Shown: positions 26,857-41,251 of the stretch, one piece after another | Layout: each line of letters begins with the position of its first letter | Numbering within the stretch: position 1 is the first letter of the stretch | Source: Octopus vulgaris | Taxonomy: Eukaryota | Direction of reading: 5' to 3' | Assembly (NCBI GenBank): GCA_951406725.2 | Contig: OX597815.1 | Location: 64,666,001 to 64,730,000 of the forward strand | DNA: 64,000 nucleotides | Made by a program: the position numbers and the translations under genes | Notes under the pieces: generated by a model | Database searches by the model: none | What the model was told of the DNA's origin: nothing | What the model saw: only the letters and a program-made list of their open reading frames with translations

Positions 26857-26963
<107 letters not shown>

Positions 26964-27771
26964 ATGTTTGTATGTTTGTATAGATATGATAAAGAGAGAC
27001 AGACAGAGATGGAGAAAGAAAGAGAGAAGGTCAGAGAGGCAGACAGACGTCATACCCAATCCTTAGGTTATCTAAGACTAAAGCGGCTTATTTTCTTGTA
27101 TGCCCTCTTAAAAGTAAGCAATTGTCTATCAAGCAATTTTTCTTCACTAACAAAATCGATAACTTTGGAGCATTATTTAAAAATGAACATACATATAAGC
27201 TCACGTATACATACATGCATATATATGTGCAGTATGTAAGCGACCAGTTCACATTGTTGTGTTCAACTCAATCCTGTTGATATGGACTAATGATCGCTTC
27301 GCTGCTGTCGACCTCGCCTGTAAATCAAGATGGTTGGTCACCTATTGAAGGATGACTCCTATCGTCAAGAGCAAACCAATTTTTGTGATTGTTGAGAGAT
27401 GACGGATTGGCAAGACTAACACATTTTAGTCTCATTTCAACTGCATATATCTCTTCTACACGCCACTTTTTATCTTAATATATAGATAAATAGGTATATA
27501 TATATATATATATATATATATCTTTATATATACATAATATATGTATAAATATATATATATATATATGTGTGTGTGTAAATATATATAATATAATATATGT
27601 ATATATATATATATATGTATAAATATATATATATACATAAATACACATGCATATATAGGCATACATATACCTACATGCATATACATATACACACACAAAT
27701 AATATGAATAAACATACAAATATATATATACATATTTATATATATATGTGTGTGTATGTATATACACACAC

Positions 27772-27840
<69 letters not shown>

Positions 27841-27932
27841 CATACACATACACGGAGACACTTTTGGTGCCTCTGTGTCTATTCATGTTGTATATATGTT
27901 TATGTTCGCATGTGTGTGTGTGTGTGTGTATG

Positions 27933-27988
<56 letters not shown>

Positions 27989-29783
27989 CATACATAAATG
28001 TTGCCACTGTGTATGTGAATAATATTTATATATACGTATATACATTATATTGGTGTATACATTTATGGAGTATGGTGCATCCGTGTGCGTGTTTGCTGAC
28101 GTGTATATTAGTCTTTGATTGCACAAAAAACACGACTACAGATATATGATGTATATATGTCAATACATATATATATATATACATCACTAGTTGTTGTGCA
28201 AGAATATATGCGTACATGCGTCAGTATATGTGTGTACAGCGGTTTTGCTATTATTTTGTCGCTCTCTCTTCTTTTTCTCTGTTACTTTGTATGTACGTAT
28301 GTATGTATATATACTTGCATATATATACGTTCATATATGTAAAAATGTATGTATGTATGTATATATATATATATATATATATACATACATACATATATAT
28401 ATATGTGTGTATATATACACATACACACGCTCAACAGATATACAAATATATATATATATATATATATGTACGCACGCATGTTTACATATACATATATGTA
28501 TGCGTGTATGTATGTATGTATGTATGTATGTATGTATGTATGTATGTATGTATGTATGTATGTATGTATGTTTGTATGTATGTATGTATGTACCTGTATG
28601 CCTGCGAATATGTGTGTATATAGATAAATGAAGTGTGTTAGTAACTCGGTCCATCAATCAATGAATTGTATGTTTTAGTTTTGGTGTTTTTCTTTTTCTT
28701 TTGCTTGCTTTGTTTTATTTTTTATTTTATTCATTTTTTTTGTTTTTGTTTGTTTCTTATTCCAACTTTCTGTTGATTCTATTGGAAATTTGTGATTTCA
28801 CACGCAATATTTTAAAAAGAAATGGTTGTTTGATTTAAGAGTAAACGCATTTCTATTTGATCTAAACTCATTAAAACAAATTTAACTTGACACAAATGTC
28901 GGCGAGTAACAACACACAAGCACACATAGATACAAACATACACATACGCTCATACACGCACAGACACACACACATACACGCGCACACACACATTCGTACG
29001 CACTCCTACACCTACACACAAACATACATGAATAGCATATATATATATATATACGGTTATGCACGATTCATAAGCACTTTGTTATTATTGCAAGGAAGTA
29101 ACAATTGCTTCTTGTACAGTGATGACAATATGGAATAGTAAAACAGTGTGGTTCTTGAATTTAAATCTCTAATTTCTGAGTTCAAATAGCACTAGCTATC
29201 AACGGTATGAATCTTCCAAAATGGACGCCAAAAGTAACGCCCCTCCATGGCTTCTTTTAATCTTTACTATCAATTGCTTGGTCATAATTGATAGTTATGA
29301 GTGTTTTCGTGTTGTGTAATACTGGCTACATAACCCCCAGTTGACTGTGGTCCACCATACCTGTGTTCTTTCATTTATTCTCAGTTAAGCATTATTATCA
29401 TCTATTTTCTCAGGAACATTATACAGAGACAGATAACCGGCTGCAGAGGCAGATAACCTGTTACAAGAAAGGCAGGTAACCTGTTACAGAGGCAAATGAC
29501 GTACTTACGAAAGCATGAAGTTCCTAAAATGGAATGCTGATGTGCTTCATCAACTTGATAATTTCATTTCATCTACAAAAACTGATTGCAAATAACTGAA
29601 AAAAATATTACAGTATATTCTAAATAAGTATGTGTGTGTGTATAGATAGAATATATCGTGTATGTATGAATGTATGTATATATACACACACACATGTATA
29701 TATATATATATATATATATATATGCATACAAACATGCATACACACACATATGTATGTGTAGGTGTATATATGTGTGTGTATGT

Positions 29784-29842
<59 letters not shown>

Positions 29843-29849
29843 TGTATGC

Positions 29850-30045
29850 ATCTACTATTAATTAATTGAATTGTTTCCGTATGAAAGTAGTTGCCTTCTA
29901 CCAGAGATAGAAACTCAATCCTTGGAATGTAGGTAACAAAAAAACAATGTCACATTTTGAACGTGAGAAAAGTCTTGCACATTTCTACTTATCCGCTTAC
30001 AGATTGTATTTGCAATGAGCATGTTAGCTAGTAAATGTATTATTC
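29850..30045 (-). mobile_element. RLE LINE family B 3' end
   Basis: Aligns with 10650-10830. The 3' end abuts (TG)n. Confidence 0.65.
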
Positions 30046-30459
30046 CCTTTTTCCTACATATCAAAGCACGAATTTCGTCTTAGCAAGTCACGACATTGAC
30101 AAGCCTCAAGGAGGACGAAACGTATCTGTCGCTCTCGTGGGTTGCTACTGAGTTCATATTCGCCTCGCTCTGATATATACTGTGTTTTTAACACAACATA
30201 TCTAAGAAAGGATTTTCTCGCAGACGAAAACCACAGCATCATGTCTTTCAATATACATTTAGTATGATACACAGAGAACTATTTTAGTTCAATGCTGTTT
30301 CTGATAATATTTTTTTCTCTTGTCATCTAATCGATGTTACTTTAGCATTTTAATGTTACTAACATTCAATATATTTCACAGCGATATTTTATATTATAGT
30401 TATAAGACTGCATTATGTTAGAAACAATATTAGAACGATGGTGAGTCTTCTCATACAAA

Positions 30460-31480
30460 CAGATATCGTCCTGTTAGTCTCCTTGCGGTCGTTAGCAAGG
30501 TCTTGGAGTGGCTCATCAACAACGTTGGTTGAGTTTCTTGAAAGCTTAGGACTCCTTACGACTCAGTTCGGCTTTCGTGGCTCTCGTTCTACTGTTGATC
30601 TTCTGAATGTTATTACAGAACACATCTGCCTATTTATGGATAAATCAGGAGGGAGTCGTGCAATAGCTCTTAATATACCCAAAGCCTTTGATAAGGTACG
30701 GTATGCTGGTTTGCTCCATAAGCTCTCTGTTTATGGTGTCTGCGCAAAGGTCTTTGGCGCTATCAGGTCATTCCTTTCAGGTCTTTGTGCCCATGTTACA
30801 TGGTGAAACAACCAAACCTCTTGAGAATAGGACTTTGAAACTGTTTGATCTTACTTTCTCACCTGATATTTCTTGAGGTTCTTACATAGTCAGTTTGGTA
30901 GATCTGCTTTTCTTGTGATGGGTTATTGTATAGGTTGAAAGACTACATTACATTTGAAGCCATTTTGTACCTTTGCCAGTCCACAATTCGTCGTAGTATG
31001 GAATACTGTTGTCATATTTGGGTAAGTGCACCATCTTGTCACCTGGATCTCTTCGAAGATCGGGTTCAGAAGCGAGTTTCTACTTTGATTAGTCCCTTTC
31101 TTGCTTCAACTCTGCAACTCATGTCACATCGTCAATTGTCTTGAATCTTTTCTGTTACTATTACTACATGAAGTGCTCTGATAAATTTTCCCTCCTTCTT
31201 CCAGATCACTTTGTGCCATCTCGCCTGGCCCGAAACTCGCTGCATTTTCATCCAAATGCTGTTGTGCTTCCACGAATAAGGAAGTCTTTCTACGGTCGTA
31301 ACATTTTCCCTCGAATTGCCAGACTCTAAAATTCTCTTCCATTACATTGTTTTCCTCTTCCTTATAACCTGAACTCATTCGAGTCTAAAGATAAATCATT
31401 CTTTGTGTTTTTATTTCTCCTTCATAGTTCCTAACACTAAGTGGCTTTTTGCTTTGTTTGTGACCTTCAACTAAAACAAA
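30460..31480 (+). mobile_element. CR1/Zenon-type LINE fragment
   Basis: QFGFRGSRSTVDLL, ALNIPKAFDKVRYAGLLHKL, MEYCCHIW..AP..RVQKR. Confidence 0.8.
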
Positions 31481-32247
31481 ATGTGTCGTGGTGGAGCAAA
31501 TATCATAGAGCAGTATTGAAGAAAAACAGAAAGATAAGTACAAACAGGATAAGATGTAACAATAGTTTCTTCATTAGCCGCAAGGGCCGTAATGGTGTAA
31601 CAATAACAACAAAACTGTTGTTCCTCAGTTCTCGTGGAATTGACCTTCTCTTGATAACGATATGAGGAGTAAACCTATGAAACATTAACCCTGACTTCCA
31701 TTTAAATGGCTAGCATAAAAACGTTCGCTTCAATGATGAGGAAGGCGGAAAACTAAATAAAATGGCGTCTGCTTAGTGGGTTTACCAGCTGACCATGCTG
31801 AACAGAAATGGTTCCACGGGCAAACAAAATAATAATAAATAGGTAAAACGGACTGAAAAGAACCGATTTAGCCCTATCACATTAAATGAAAAATTTCTGA
31901 CTTTGGTATCATTATACAAACTGTAGCGGTGACAGCGGCAACAGCAGCAGCACTAATAATAAGAACAATAGCAATAAAAATGACAACAATAACAACAGCA
32001 GAAATGGCAAGGACCTTACAGGTAGGTAAAATATGAGAGAAAAACATGGAAAATTAGAAAGACTGGAAAACAGAGAGAAATCATAAAAACAAAAACCATG
32101 ACGAAAAATAACAAAATAAAAAATGGAAGAACAGCAATACCAACAGCAACACCAAAAACAAAGGTATTGAACAATGGGAAAGGGGATGAACAAATGTACA
32201 ATGGAAGAAAGGAAGCTAGCAAAAAGTAAAAACATCAACAACAAAAC

Positions 32248-32393
<146 letters not shown>

Positions 32394-32519
32394 AAACTGA
32401 AGGAAGTTGTAAAGAAACCGGAAAAGAAATACTGCACTGCAACTGCGACTACAAGTACTACTAATAGTACTAATACTACTACAACTAACAATAGTAAATA
32501 CTGACTAGTTCTTCGATGT

Positions 32520-32574
<55 letters not shown>

Positions 32575-32754
32575 GCGTTGCTGTAACGACAAGTTGAACA
32601 AGAACAAAAAAGGAGAAGAATCGGAAAGAAAGAAAGAAAGAGGAGAAGACAAAGGAAACGAAAAGGAAGGAAAAGAAGAAATAGATAAGAAAGAAATTAT
32701 TCAATGTTTCGATGTCGTGACGAGAACGACATTTTAAAGGAAACTATTCCTCAT

Positions 32755-32812
32755 GGACCGGAAGTCTGCTAAGTGATGCGCATGTCAAATAACTACGTTT
32801 CCATGGCAAACA
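32755..32812. promoter_or_regulatory. Candidate regulatory cluster (ETS, NRF1-like, RFX X-box-like)
   Basis: CCGGAAGT 32758-32765, TGCGCATG 32777-32784 and GTTTCCATGGCAAAC 32797-32811 within 55 bp of non-repetitive sequence. Confidence 0.35.
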
Positions 32813-33380
32813 TTCAAATGTACGAACGTGTCTGCTGATATATATATATATATATACTCACACACACTCTCTCCCTATATATATGCATATATATATATAT
32901 ATATAGCACATGCATGTGTATGTGTTCGAGAATTTATATGTATGGTAGTGAGTGTGTGTATGTGTGTGTATGCGTGTGTGCGCGTGTGTGTATGCGTGTG
33001 TGCGCGCGCGCGTGTGTGAAGTTTTATTGCTATCATATATCTATATATTCACATAGTTGAGTCAGATATATACCAACACACATACACGTATACATATAGA
33101 CACATATATGCATATAGACACACACAATCTCACTCACTCTCTCTCTCTTTCTCACACACACACATGCCCTCTCTCTCCCTCCCTGTAGCACAACATCTTT
33201 TTCTCTCTCTCTCTCTCACACACAACTCACACATACCTACACAGAGACAGACACTCGGGTACACACACATACACTCACATGTTTAGAAACTTTTTCATGG
33301 CTATTAATGTGGATATATTGAAAGACTACGACTGACAAATAGAGTTAATAACATATCTGATAGTAGTAGTAGTAGTCGTT

Positions 33381-33438
<58 letters not shown>

Positions 33439-34339
33439 ACATTGGGGTAAGGGATAGGCTTAGGAATGGTAATAGTGGTGATTTTTGTGATAATTATTAT
33501 AGTAATGGTGGTGCTAGTGGTGGTGGTGGTGGTGGTGGTGGTGATGGTGGTGAGGGTACAAATGATAGCACTAAGGATGATATTGGTGATGGTGGTGGTC
33601 GTCGTCGCCCTCGTTACCGTCGTGGTAGTGATGAGGATTTTGCGTTGATAATAATAATGCTCGATGGTTGAGTAGGTACTGATAAGGGTACTAGTGATGG
33701 TACAGTATGTGGTAGTGGTAATAGTGATGTTGAAGATGACAGTATCGATGGTAGTAACGATGGCTGTATGTTGGTTATTGTTATCGTATAGATTCCTGCT
33801 TATCGCCGATAGAACACACGTTTTGTCACACAAGATGTCGCCCCAACCCCTAAAAACGAGCCGCGGGTTTCTTCTTCTTCCATAAACACCATCTTTCTGT
33901 CTAACTTTGTAACAGCATGAATGCAGTGGTTCAAGCTGGACCAATTTCTTCTCCTCGTTGACCATTCTACAACTGTACCCCTATTGCTGTCGTTGTCGCT
34001 ATTATTTAGCGCAAGATCAGCCATATTTGATTAGGCAGGTTATCAAAGACTCTCCATTTGAGACCATACCAGTTATATTTCAATATAGTTGTATAAAGGA
34101 CCACATTATTTTAGTATGTCCATTTTTTCTTCAAGTTTATAGGGTGTGATTTGAGAGTGATTTAGATGTTGTTTTTAGCAGGTAGAACACACATTAACTG
34201 AGAAATCCTGACACGTGTGTGTGTGTGTGTGCTACTGATGTGCATATCTTTGAAAAAAAGAAGAGGATAAACTATGGTCAACTTTTTCGAAACCTCCAAC
34301 TTTTATATCCAGATTATAAATTCAAATTTATACCATGTG

Positions 34340-34620
34340 TAACACAATTTATGTCCTTGGGCAAAAACTATTATTTCCTATTTCCTTACCCCTAGAAAGT
34401 ATGGAAAACGGCTAATATTTCCTTCAGACTTTGCTTTTGTTACATTTATCCAGACCTCCAAAGAATCCCTCTCAACACATGGCTATGATGCTCCCGTAAT
34501 ACTCCTGCTCATGATCAGAGATGTACATATTGTCAGCCACTAAGAGGCATGCTCAAATGGTTACGGTCAAACAACTGACAGGCAAATCTGAGGTATTAAG
34601 TAGAATATTTGCTATAACGA
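34340..34620 (-). mobile_element. Partial inverted copy of the 23822-24357 repeat
   Basis: CTGCTCATGATCAGAGATG...GTCAGCCACTA...AGAATATTTGCT matches the reverse complement of ~23925-24050. Confidence 0.6.
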
Positions 34621-34784
34621 TATTTCTGCTTCAGCAACTCAGCGCTGAATCTATCTGAAATGTAATGGAAAATAGATCAGTTTCAAAACATTGATGTCCA
34701 GGTCACAAAGATGAAGTTTGATGGGAATAAATTTCTTTATAAAGAGGAAATAACACCAAAGACATTAAAAAGAAAATTTTGTTA

Positions 34785-35056
34785 CACAGTGTAATTAGTA
34801 CACTTGATTATGTGAGTAAATGCTCAAGTGACAATCTGGATAAGCCTGAGTTTTCAGAAAAAGAAATCACCCAACTAACTCGCACATTACAAATACAATC
34901 TGTAACAGGAACCGTAAAAATAGGCAAGACTTTCCTCAAGTTCGGAATGTGACATTGTTTTGCTATTTACATTCCAACGGCGGAGCTTTGTAACTTTATT
35001 ACAAACTAGCTCCTTCTTCGGAGAAAGAAATAAAATGATTAAAAACAGAAGAAAGC
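34785..35056 (+). mobile_element. RLE LINE family B 3' end
   Basis: KTFLKF C-terminus and GGAGC..GCTCC 3' hairpin, followed directly by (CATA)n. Confidence 0.7.
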
Positions 35057-35844
35057 ATACATACACGCACACATACATACATACATACATACATACATAC
35101 ATACATACATACATACATACAAACAAACATACATACATAAATAGATACATACATACGTAAGTTCGTACGTGGTAGGTAGATAGGTAGGTAGGTAGGTAGG
35201 TAGATAGATAGATAGATAGATAGATAGGTAGGTAGTTAAGTTGGTTGGTTTGTTGGTTGGTAAGTAGGTAGGTATGACAAATATACAATAGGTCTTTGCA
35301 ATCGAATTTTCTCCATTGGTATTCAAAGCCATCGATTCAATGTAACTTCTATTTCCTCTGTCCATGGAGGAATGCAGACACGTTTAAAATGTTGCCAGAA
35401 TTCCCAGCTTCACCCAACATCAATCTTCAAGTCTTTAGAAGTAATCGATAATCAAAAATAACTGCAAAATGAATTGCACAATAAATGTACCGTACGTCTA
35501 AATTATAACATGGAATATCTACAGCAAGTTTAAAAAGTTGAAATTTAAATAGAAAATTACTTTTACGACAACACAATTGCTAACACACATAGCTATACAC
35601 ACTATGCATGCGTTCATTTATACATGTATAGATACATAGGTTCATACATATATCCATACAAACACGATACATACTTATATACTATGTCTATATACATGCT
35701 ACATACAATATATATGTATAAAGGCGTATATATATATATATATATTTTTATTTTTATTTTCCTTATTTCTTCTTCTTCTCCTTTTTCTTTTTCTTTTTTC
35801 CTTGTCTCTTTCCTTTTTCTTTCATCTTATTTTATTTTCTTTGC

Positions 35845-36429
35845 CCCACAAATAAATTCCTTCAGCCTTTAGAATTCTCAACATAGCAGTTTTGCACGGA
35901 GAGCAATAACATGGCAAATTACCTTATCATATAGCAGGAATTGATTGTGGATTAATAATGGTTAAAATACATCGTCTGTGAGTATGAAATCCCTCATCTT
36001 ACCACTGGAAATGTAAATCTTCACTATGGATTAATTCACCTTTTCTGTGAAGCTAATAAGTCTTTAAAAACCTGTGATAAGTATGTGCATCATCCTCCTC
36101 ATATCTCTGGAAATTTAAATCTACACTATGGATTGATTCATCTTCTCTTCGAAACTAATAAGTTTTTTAAAAATCTGTGATAAAACTGTGCATCATCATT
36201 AAGGAACTTTGGAAAACTGTTTACAACCTATATCTGCCTCTAATGGAACTATCTCCAATATTTCATGAGTATAACCTCACCCACTAAGATGTCTAGAGAA
36301 CTCAAATGTATTTTAGCTGATGAGTACGGGACACTTTTATCTGCTGCAATTTTTGCAACTTGTAATAAAGCCTGTCTTTGTATGAAACAATTGTACTAAA
36401 AACCAATCCATTCTTGTTGCTTCTTTCTC

Positions 36430-36430
<1 letters not shown>
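35845..36430 (+). mobile_element. PLE 3' terminal region with internal ~100-bp tandem duplication
   Basis: 36005-36095 is similar to 36107-36200. Ends with an HHR and then (TA)n. Confidence 0.6.
36311..36401 (+). ncRNA. Type I hammerhead ribozyme, canonical core
   Basis: ttttag-CTGATGA (36317-36323)-gtacgggaca...tgtctttgtat-GAAAC (36384-36388)-AATT-GTA (36393-36395)-ctaaaa. Confidence 0.9.
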
Positions 36431-36474
<44 letters not shown>

Positions 36475-36482
<8 letters not shown>

Positions 36483-36714
36483 ATGTTACATTACTGGTAG
36501 TCAAGATAAAACTCTGAGTTTCAGATGCCGAAGTGGAAATCCACAACACCATCTCTTCGGTTAACCGAAGAGATGGTGTTGTGGATTTCACTCGGCATCT
36601 GAAACTCAGAGTTTATCTTGACTACCGAGTAATGTAACATATTGTATAGATAAATTTCCTCTATTTACATAATATTGAGGTCTCTTTCTTTCTTTTGTTA
36701 TCTTACCGTTTTAT

Positions 36715-36718
<4 letters not shown>
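36475..36718. mobile_element. Spacer-less fold-back mini-element in (TA)n with HHR-like cores
   Basis: 36475-36562 and 36563-36648 are inverted around TTAA (36561-36564). CCGAAGA-GATG..CATC-T-GAAAC-TCAGA-GTT occurs on both strands. Confidence 0.8.
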
Positions 36719-36799
<81 letters not shown>

Positions 36800-36814
36800 C
36801 ATGTATGCATAGAT

Positions 36815-36905
36815 ACAAAACTTTTCTAAAGTTCAATATATAATATTTATCGATGTGGTCGTTCAGATTCCAGCGATGGAACTTAGTTTCTTTGTTTAAA
36901 AACCA
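36815..36905 (+). mobile_element. Very short 3' end of RLE LINE family B
   Basis: AAAACTTTTCTAAAGTTC and TTCCAGCGATGG..GTTTCTTTGTT match the other family B tails. Confidence 0.45.
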
Positions 36906-37254
36906 GCGTACTGTAATATATTCCTATAAATCCCACTGTGATATGACTTTGCTAAAACAATCTACAATGTCATCCGTAGAAAAGACTGTCATGAGATGAT
37001 TATAAACAACAGCCCCTACTACGGAATACATACACATCAACACATGCAACATTGGTGAAACATTCCCATCGACGTTTCTGCTAAATGCACGCATATCAGA
37101 TCCGATATAGTTATTTTGGATAGATAAAAATAGAAGTCATGTACGGTTATAGATGTCAGTTACCCTATAAATTTGAACCTCTCTCCTAAAATCAGTGAAA
37201 ATAAAAATATCTTTGGACAGTTGCTTTGAAACCTGCAACTCCTCAAAGGGATCA

Positions 37255-37600
37255 AGGGTAAAGACTCCCTTCGGTCATGAATGACCATGGGATTGCACCT
37301 AGAAAGTTACCCTCCGAGGCACAAATCCTGGGAAGATTGTTTACGGAAGACCAGCAGTCGTCCATGCATACCAGACTCCCCTCTCTACACCACTGATGTT
37401 ACCCAAGGGAAATGCAAAGAAGGCCGTTACAGCCTGGCACCAGTGATGTCGCATCTCATTTGTACAGCGAACTGGAGCAACGTGAAATATAGTGAACTGG
37501 AGCAATTGACTGGAATGGAGCAACATGAAATATAGTGTCTTGCTCAAGAACACAACACACAGCCCGGTCCGTGAATCGAACTCACTAACTTGTGATTGTA
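37255..37600 (-). mobile_element. tRNA-derived SINE family D
   Basis: Reverse complement of 49712-50005; same family as 55373-55702. Confidence 0.85.
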
Positions 37601-37860
37601 AGTCCGAAGCTCGATTATAAATTCAAATATGTACCAATAATCATTGGTGCACTTGGTTATGTTAATAAATTCCTTAACCGCAATTTGGAGACGCTAGAAT
37701 TTTCAAAGAGAAAGAGATCGGCCAACACAAAATTTACAGATACAATTTCTGAGTGGAACATAAATGTTGCCATTCAAATTCCAGTAATGGAGCATTTGTT
37801 TCTTTGTTAGAAACAAGCTCCCTTATTTTGAATTCTAATAAATAAATAAAAATTCTAATA
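37600..37860 (+). mobile_element. RLE LINE family B 3' fragment
   Basis: DYKFKYVPIIIGALGYV (ORF 37592-37810) and the 3' hairpin. Confidence 0.7.
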
Positions 37861-38931
37861 AATAAAGTAATTTTAATAAATACACACGGATAGGAATATA
37901 TCAGAAGTAAATGTTTATTGTAGAGAAGTTTTGTTGCAAGTTAGATAAGGAATAACCTGTTACGCACTCACACACAACCCGCGCACACACACTCACATAC
38001 GCATACAAATATATTTCATCAATTATACACACACTCACATAAATGCAGGTTCACACACAGAAACATAGACACATGACTCATATAAGAACCAACGTCAGTA
38101 CACATTCAACAAGATAGACTTAAGGTGCCCAGTGAACTCTAATATGTAAATTTTACCAGACATCTTGAGGGGATGATCGAAATACTCTTCCGCTCAGAAA
38201 TACATCGAAACGTCAAATGCGATATGAGCATATTTCTCAAGGAATTTGTCAAAAATAGCGATCGAATATTCCCCGTCGAATCTATCAGAACGTTTACGGA
38301 TGAATAGATACATGGATTCTCGATGTTTTGCATGCATCTCATATTGTAATAATTCTGCTTGTCATTGCGTTACTTAGCCAGTCGATAACGCTTTCACGTG
38401 ATAAGAGAAAAAGAGGGAGAAAGAAAGGAGGGAAAGAGAAAAAGAGGGAGAGAGAAAAGATGGAGGGAGAAAAAGAAGAAGAGAAAAGCCTCCATGACGT
38501 GAAGCAGAGGGTTTAGTTGAAGGGAAAGAGATGAGAAAGGAAAGGAGAGTGAAAAAGAGGACAAGGTGAAGAGTGAGACAGAAATAGGGGAAAGAAAAAG
38601 GAGAGAGAAAAAGAGGACAAGGCGAAGAATGAAACAGAAAGAGAGGGAAAGAAAAGAGGGAGAGAGAGATGCATCCATGACGTGAGATAGGGGGGACGTA
38701 ATATTTATTACGGGGTTAACAAGTTAGTTGAAGGTAGAGGAGGAGAGTTGAAAATATAATCTTAGCAGAGGGGTGAGGATAAAGATAGGCGGAGAGAAAT
38801 AAAAAGAACTTCCCGTAAATATGATACAATCTTTACTTAAATTGGATATATCTGCCACGTAAATAAGCATGAATATTTCACGGAATTGCACTTATGCGCA
38901 TGCGTTAAGTGATAGGAGATATAAAAAACTT

Positions 38932-39095
38932 AGGCGCAGAAGTGGCTGTGTGGTAAGTAGCTTGCTTACCAACCACATGGTTCTGGGTTCAATCTCACTG
39001 CGTAGTACCTTGGGAAAGTGTCTTCTACTAAAGCCTCGGGCCGACCAAAGTCTTGTGAGTGGATTTGGTAGACGGAAACTGAAAGAAGCCCATCG

Positions 39096-39161
<66 letters not shown>

Positions 39162-39376
39162 CATGTTTGTGTGCCTGTGGTTGTCCCTCCACCATCATTT
39201 GACAACCGGTGTTGGTGTGTTTACGTTACCGTAGCTTAGCGTTTCGGCAAGAGAGACCGATAGAATAAGTACTAGGCTTACAAAGAATAAGTCCTGGGGT
39301 CGATTTGCTCGACTAAAGGTGGTGCTCCAGCATGGCCGCAGTCAAATGACTGAAACAATTAAAAGAATAAAAGAAT
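38932..39376 (+). mobile_element. tRNA-derived SINE family A
   Basis: Full head, body and tail as at 19374. Confidence 0.9.
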
Positions 39377-39939
39377 AGAAAATGGAAAAATAAGAGTGAA
39401 TATATATTTTATGATTGCTGTGTATTAAGTCTATAAAATTGTGCATAAAGTAATATAAAGTGTATATATAAAGTGCATGAAGTAATCATTATATTCTAGT
39501 TTCTTTTAGTTTTCAATGAGCAGCTGATGAGCGACTGTGTTCCCATACAGACACAACACAGACTACACTTCCAGTTTTTTTTTAATAAAGTTTTCAGAAA
39601 TAACCCAATAGGTTTAACATTAATTCCGTGAAATATTCACGGGGCCCACTAGTGAATTGCTATTTGTTTAGCAGACACATAAGCCATGCATCAGCAAATA
39701 ATTTTGTTTTCTGATTTCTATAAAACAGAGCTTAGATTCATCAGTCCGGCCGTTGGGTAGCTTACACTGAGGAGACACAGAATGAGCTCGAAACTATGCG
39801 ATATCTTGAAGTCCTTATATACTAATAAATTACGCGTGTTAACACACATCGTCTAAAGAGAGAGCATGTTCTCCGATGATGGAAAAACACCAGAGATTAG
39901 ATATTCACGTTCGAATCTGTCGAAATGTATTAAAAATGA

Positions 39940-39999
<60 letters not shown>

Positions 40000-40341
40000 A
40001 GGTATGTATGTACGTACGTATGCATATGTTAATAACATTACCCGACTTCACTAAGGTTTCTAACAAACATCATAAAAATTAACATACACAATACAAGACA
40101 TATTTTAAACACAAGTAACTAAGACTGTTAGTAATGCATTTATGTATGTACAAATGTATGTGCAAATGTATATAATTATGTATGTATAGGGTATCTCATA
40201 ATGGTGTGACACATTTTATTTGTAATTTACTTTCAATAGATATGCTTGTTCCAGTGTTTATGGCCACGTTAGGTAATGTTATTAAATATATACATGCATA
40301 AATACAAATAAACATACATGCATACATACATACATACATAC

Positions 40342-40376
<35 letters not shown>

Positions 40377-40436
40377 TGAACCCGGAACCATGTGGTTGTG
40401 GAGGAAGCTTCTTACCGCACACCCCACACGCACCTG

Positions 40437-40591
40437 TATACGTAGTGTGATCAATAAGTATCCGGACTGTTGCTACAGTAACGAAGCTAATGCACGGAGA
40501 CTGAAGCCGCTTAGCACACTGTGACCTTGAACTCTTGTGCATGCGGACTAAGTTTAAATGTTTTACAACACTAGCGATACTTTTAGTTCAT

Positions 40592-40600
<9 letters not shown>
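40437..40600 (+). mobile_element. Possible mariner-derived MITE fragment
   Basis: Starts TACGTAGTGTGATCAATAAGTATCCGG, resembling a mariner TIR. The right TIR is not clear. Confidence 0.35.
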
Positions 40601-40644
<44 letters not shown>

Positions 40645-40756
40645 AAAAATGGTAAATAATTTTCCTGTGGTTTTTCATGTAACCAACAATTATTTACCGG
40701 TAAATTTCGGTATGTAAATACGACAAAATAATTGTCAAGACCTTTGTAAGGTTCAG

Positions 40757-41251
40757 TATATAGTAAAGAAAAATAAGTTGGCTAGCAGCGAGCTGTTTCG
40801 CCTCATACCGAAGGAATTAGAAATGGCAGTCAAAGACCCTTTTTTCCATTTCTATAAGTGGAGATTCCAAAAACGAAAGCCCTTGCGGCTCACATACACA
40901 AAACCGGAGTGGCAAATATAGAATTCAGTCACTTACCGTTAATAGCGAACACGGTGTTTCTGGATCACAAACTTAAAAAAGGGAGTTTGAATTCCTTAAC
41001 GAATATAGCGCTGAAGAAGGAATTCAAACTCCCCTTTTTTTAAGTTTGTGATCCAGAAACACCGTGTTCGCTATTAACGGTAAGTGACTGAATTCGTATA
41101 TTTGCCACTCCGGTTTTGTGTATGTGAGCCGCAAGGGCTTTCGTTTTTGGAATCTCCACTTATAGAAATGGAAAAAAGGGTCTTTGACTGCCATTTCTAA
41201 TTCCTTCGGTATGAGGCGAAACAGCTCGCTGCTAGCCAACTTATTTTTCTT

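Noticed and set aside
29422-29510. About four ~20-bp repeats (CAGAGGCAGATAACCTGTTA); also 10-bp repeats at 56886-56955
   Set aside because: Degenerate minisatellites without unique spacers; not CRISPR-like, and the context is eukaryotic.
33785-33965. Unique segment after an AG, a possible host exon
   Set aside because: No convincing reading frame with a donor site and no recognisable protein; RNA-seq is needed.
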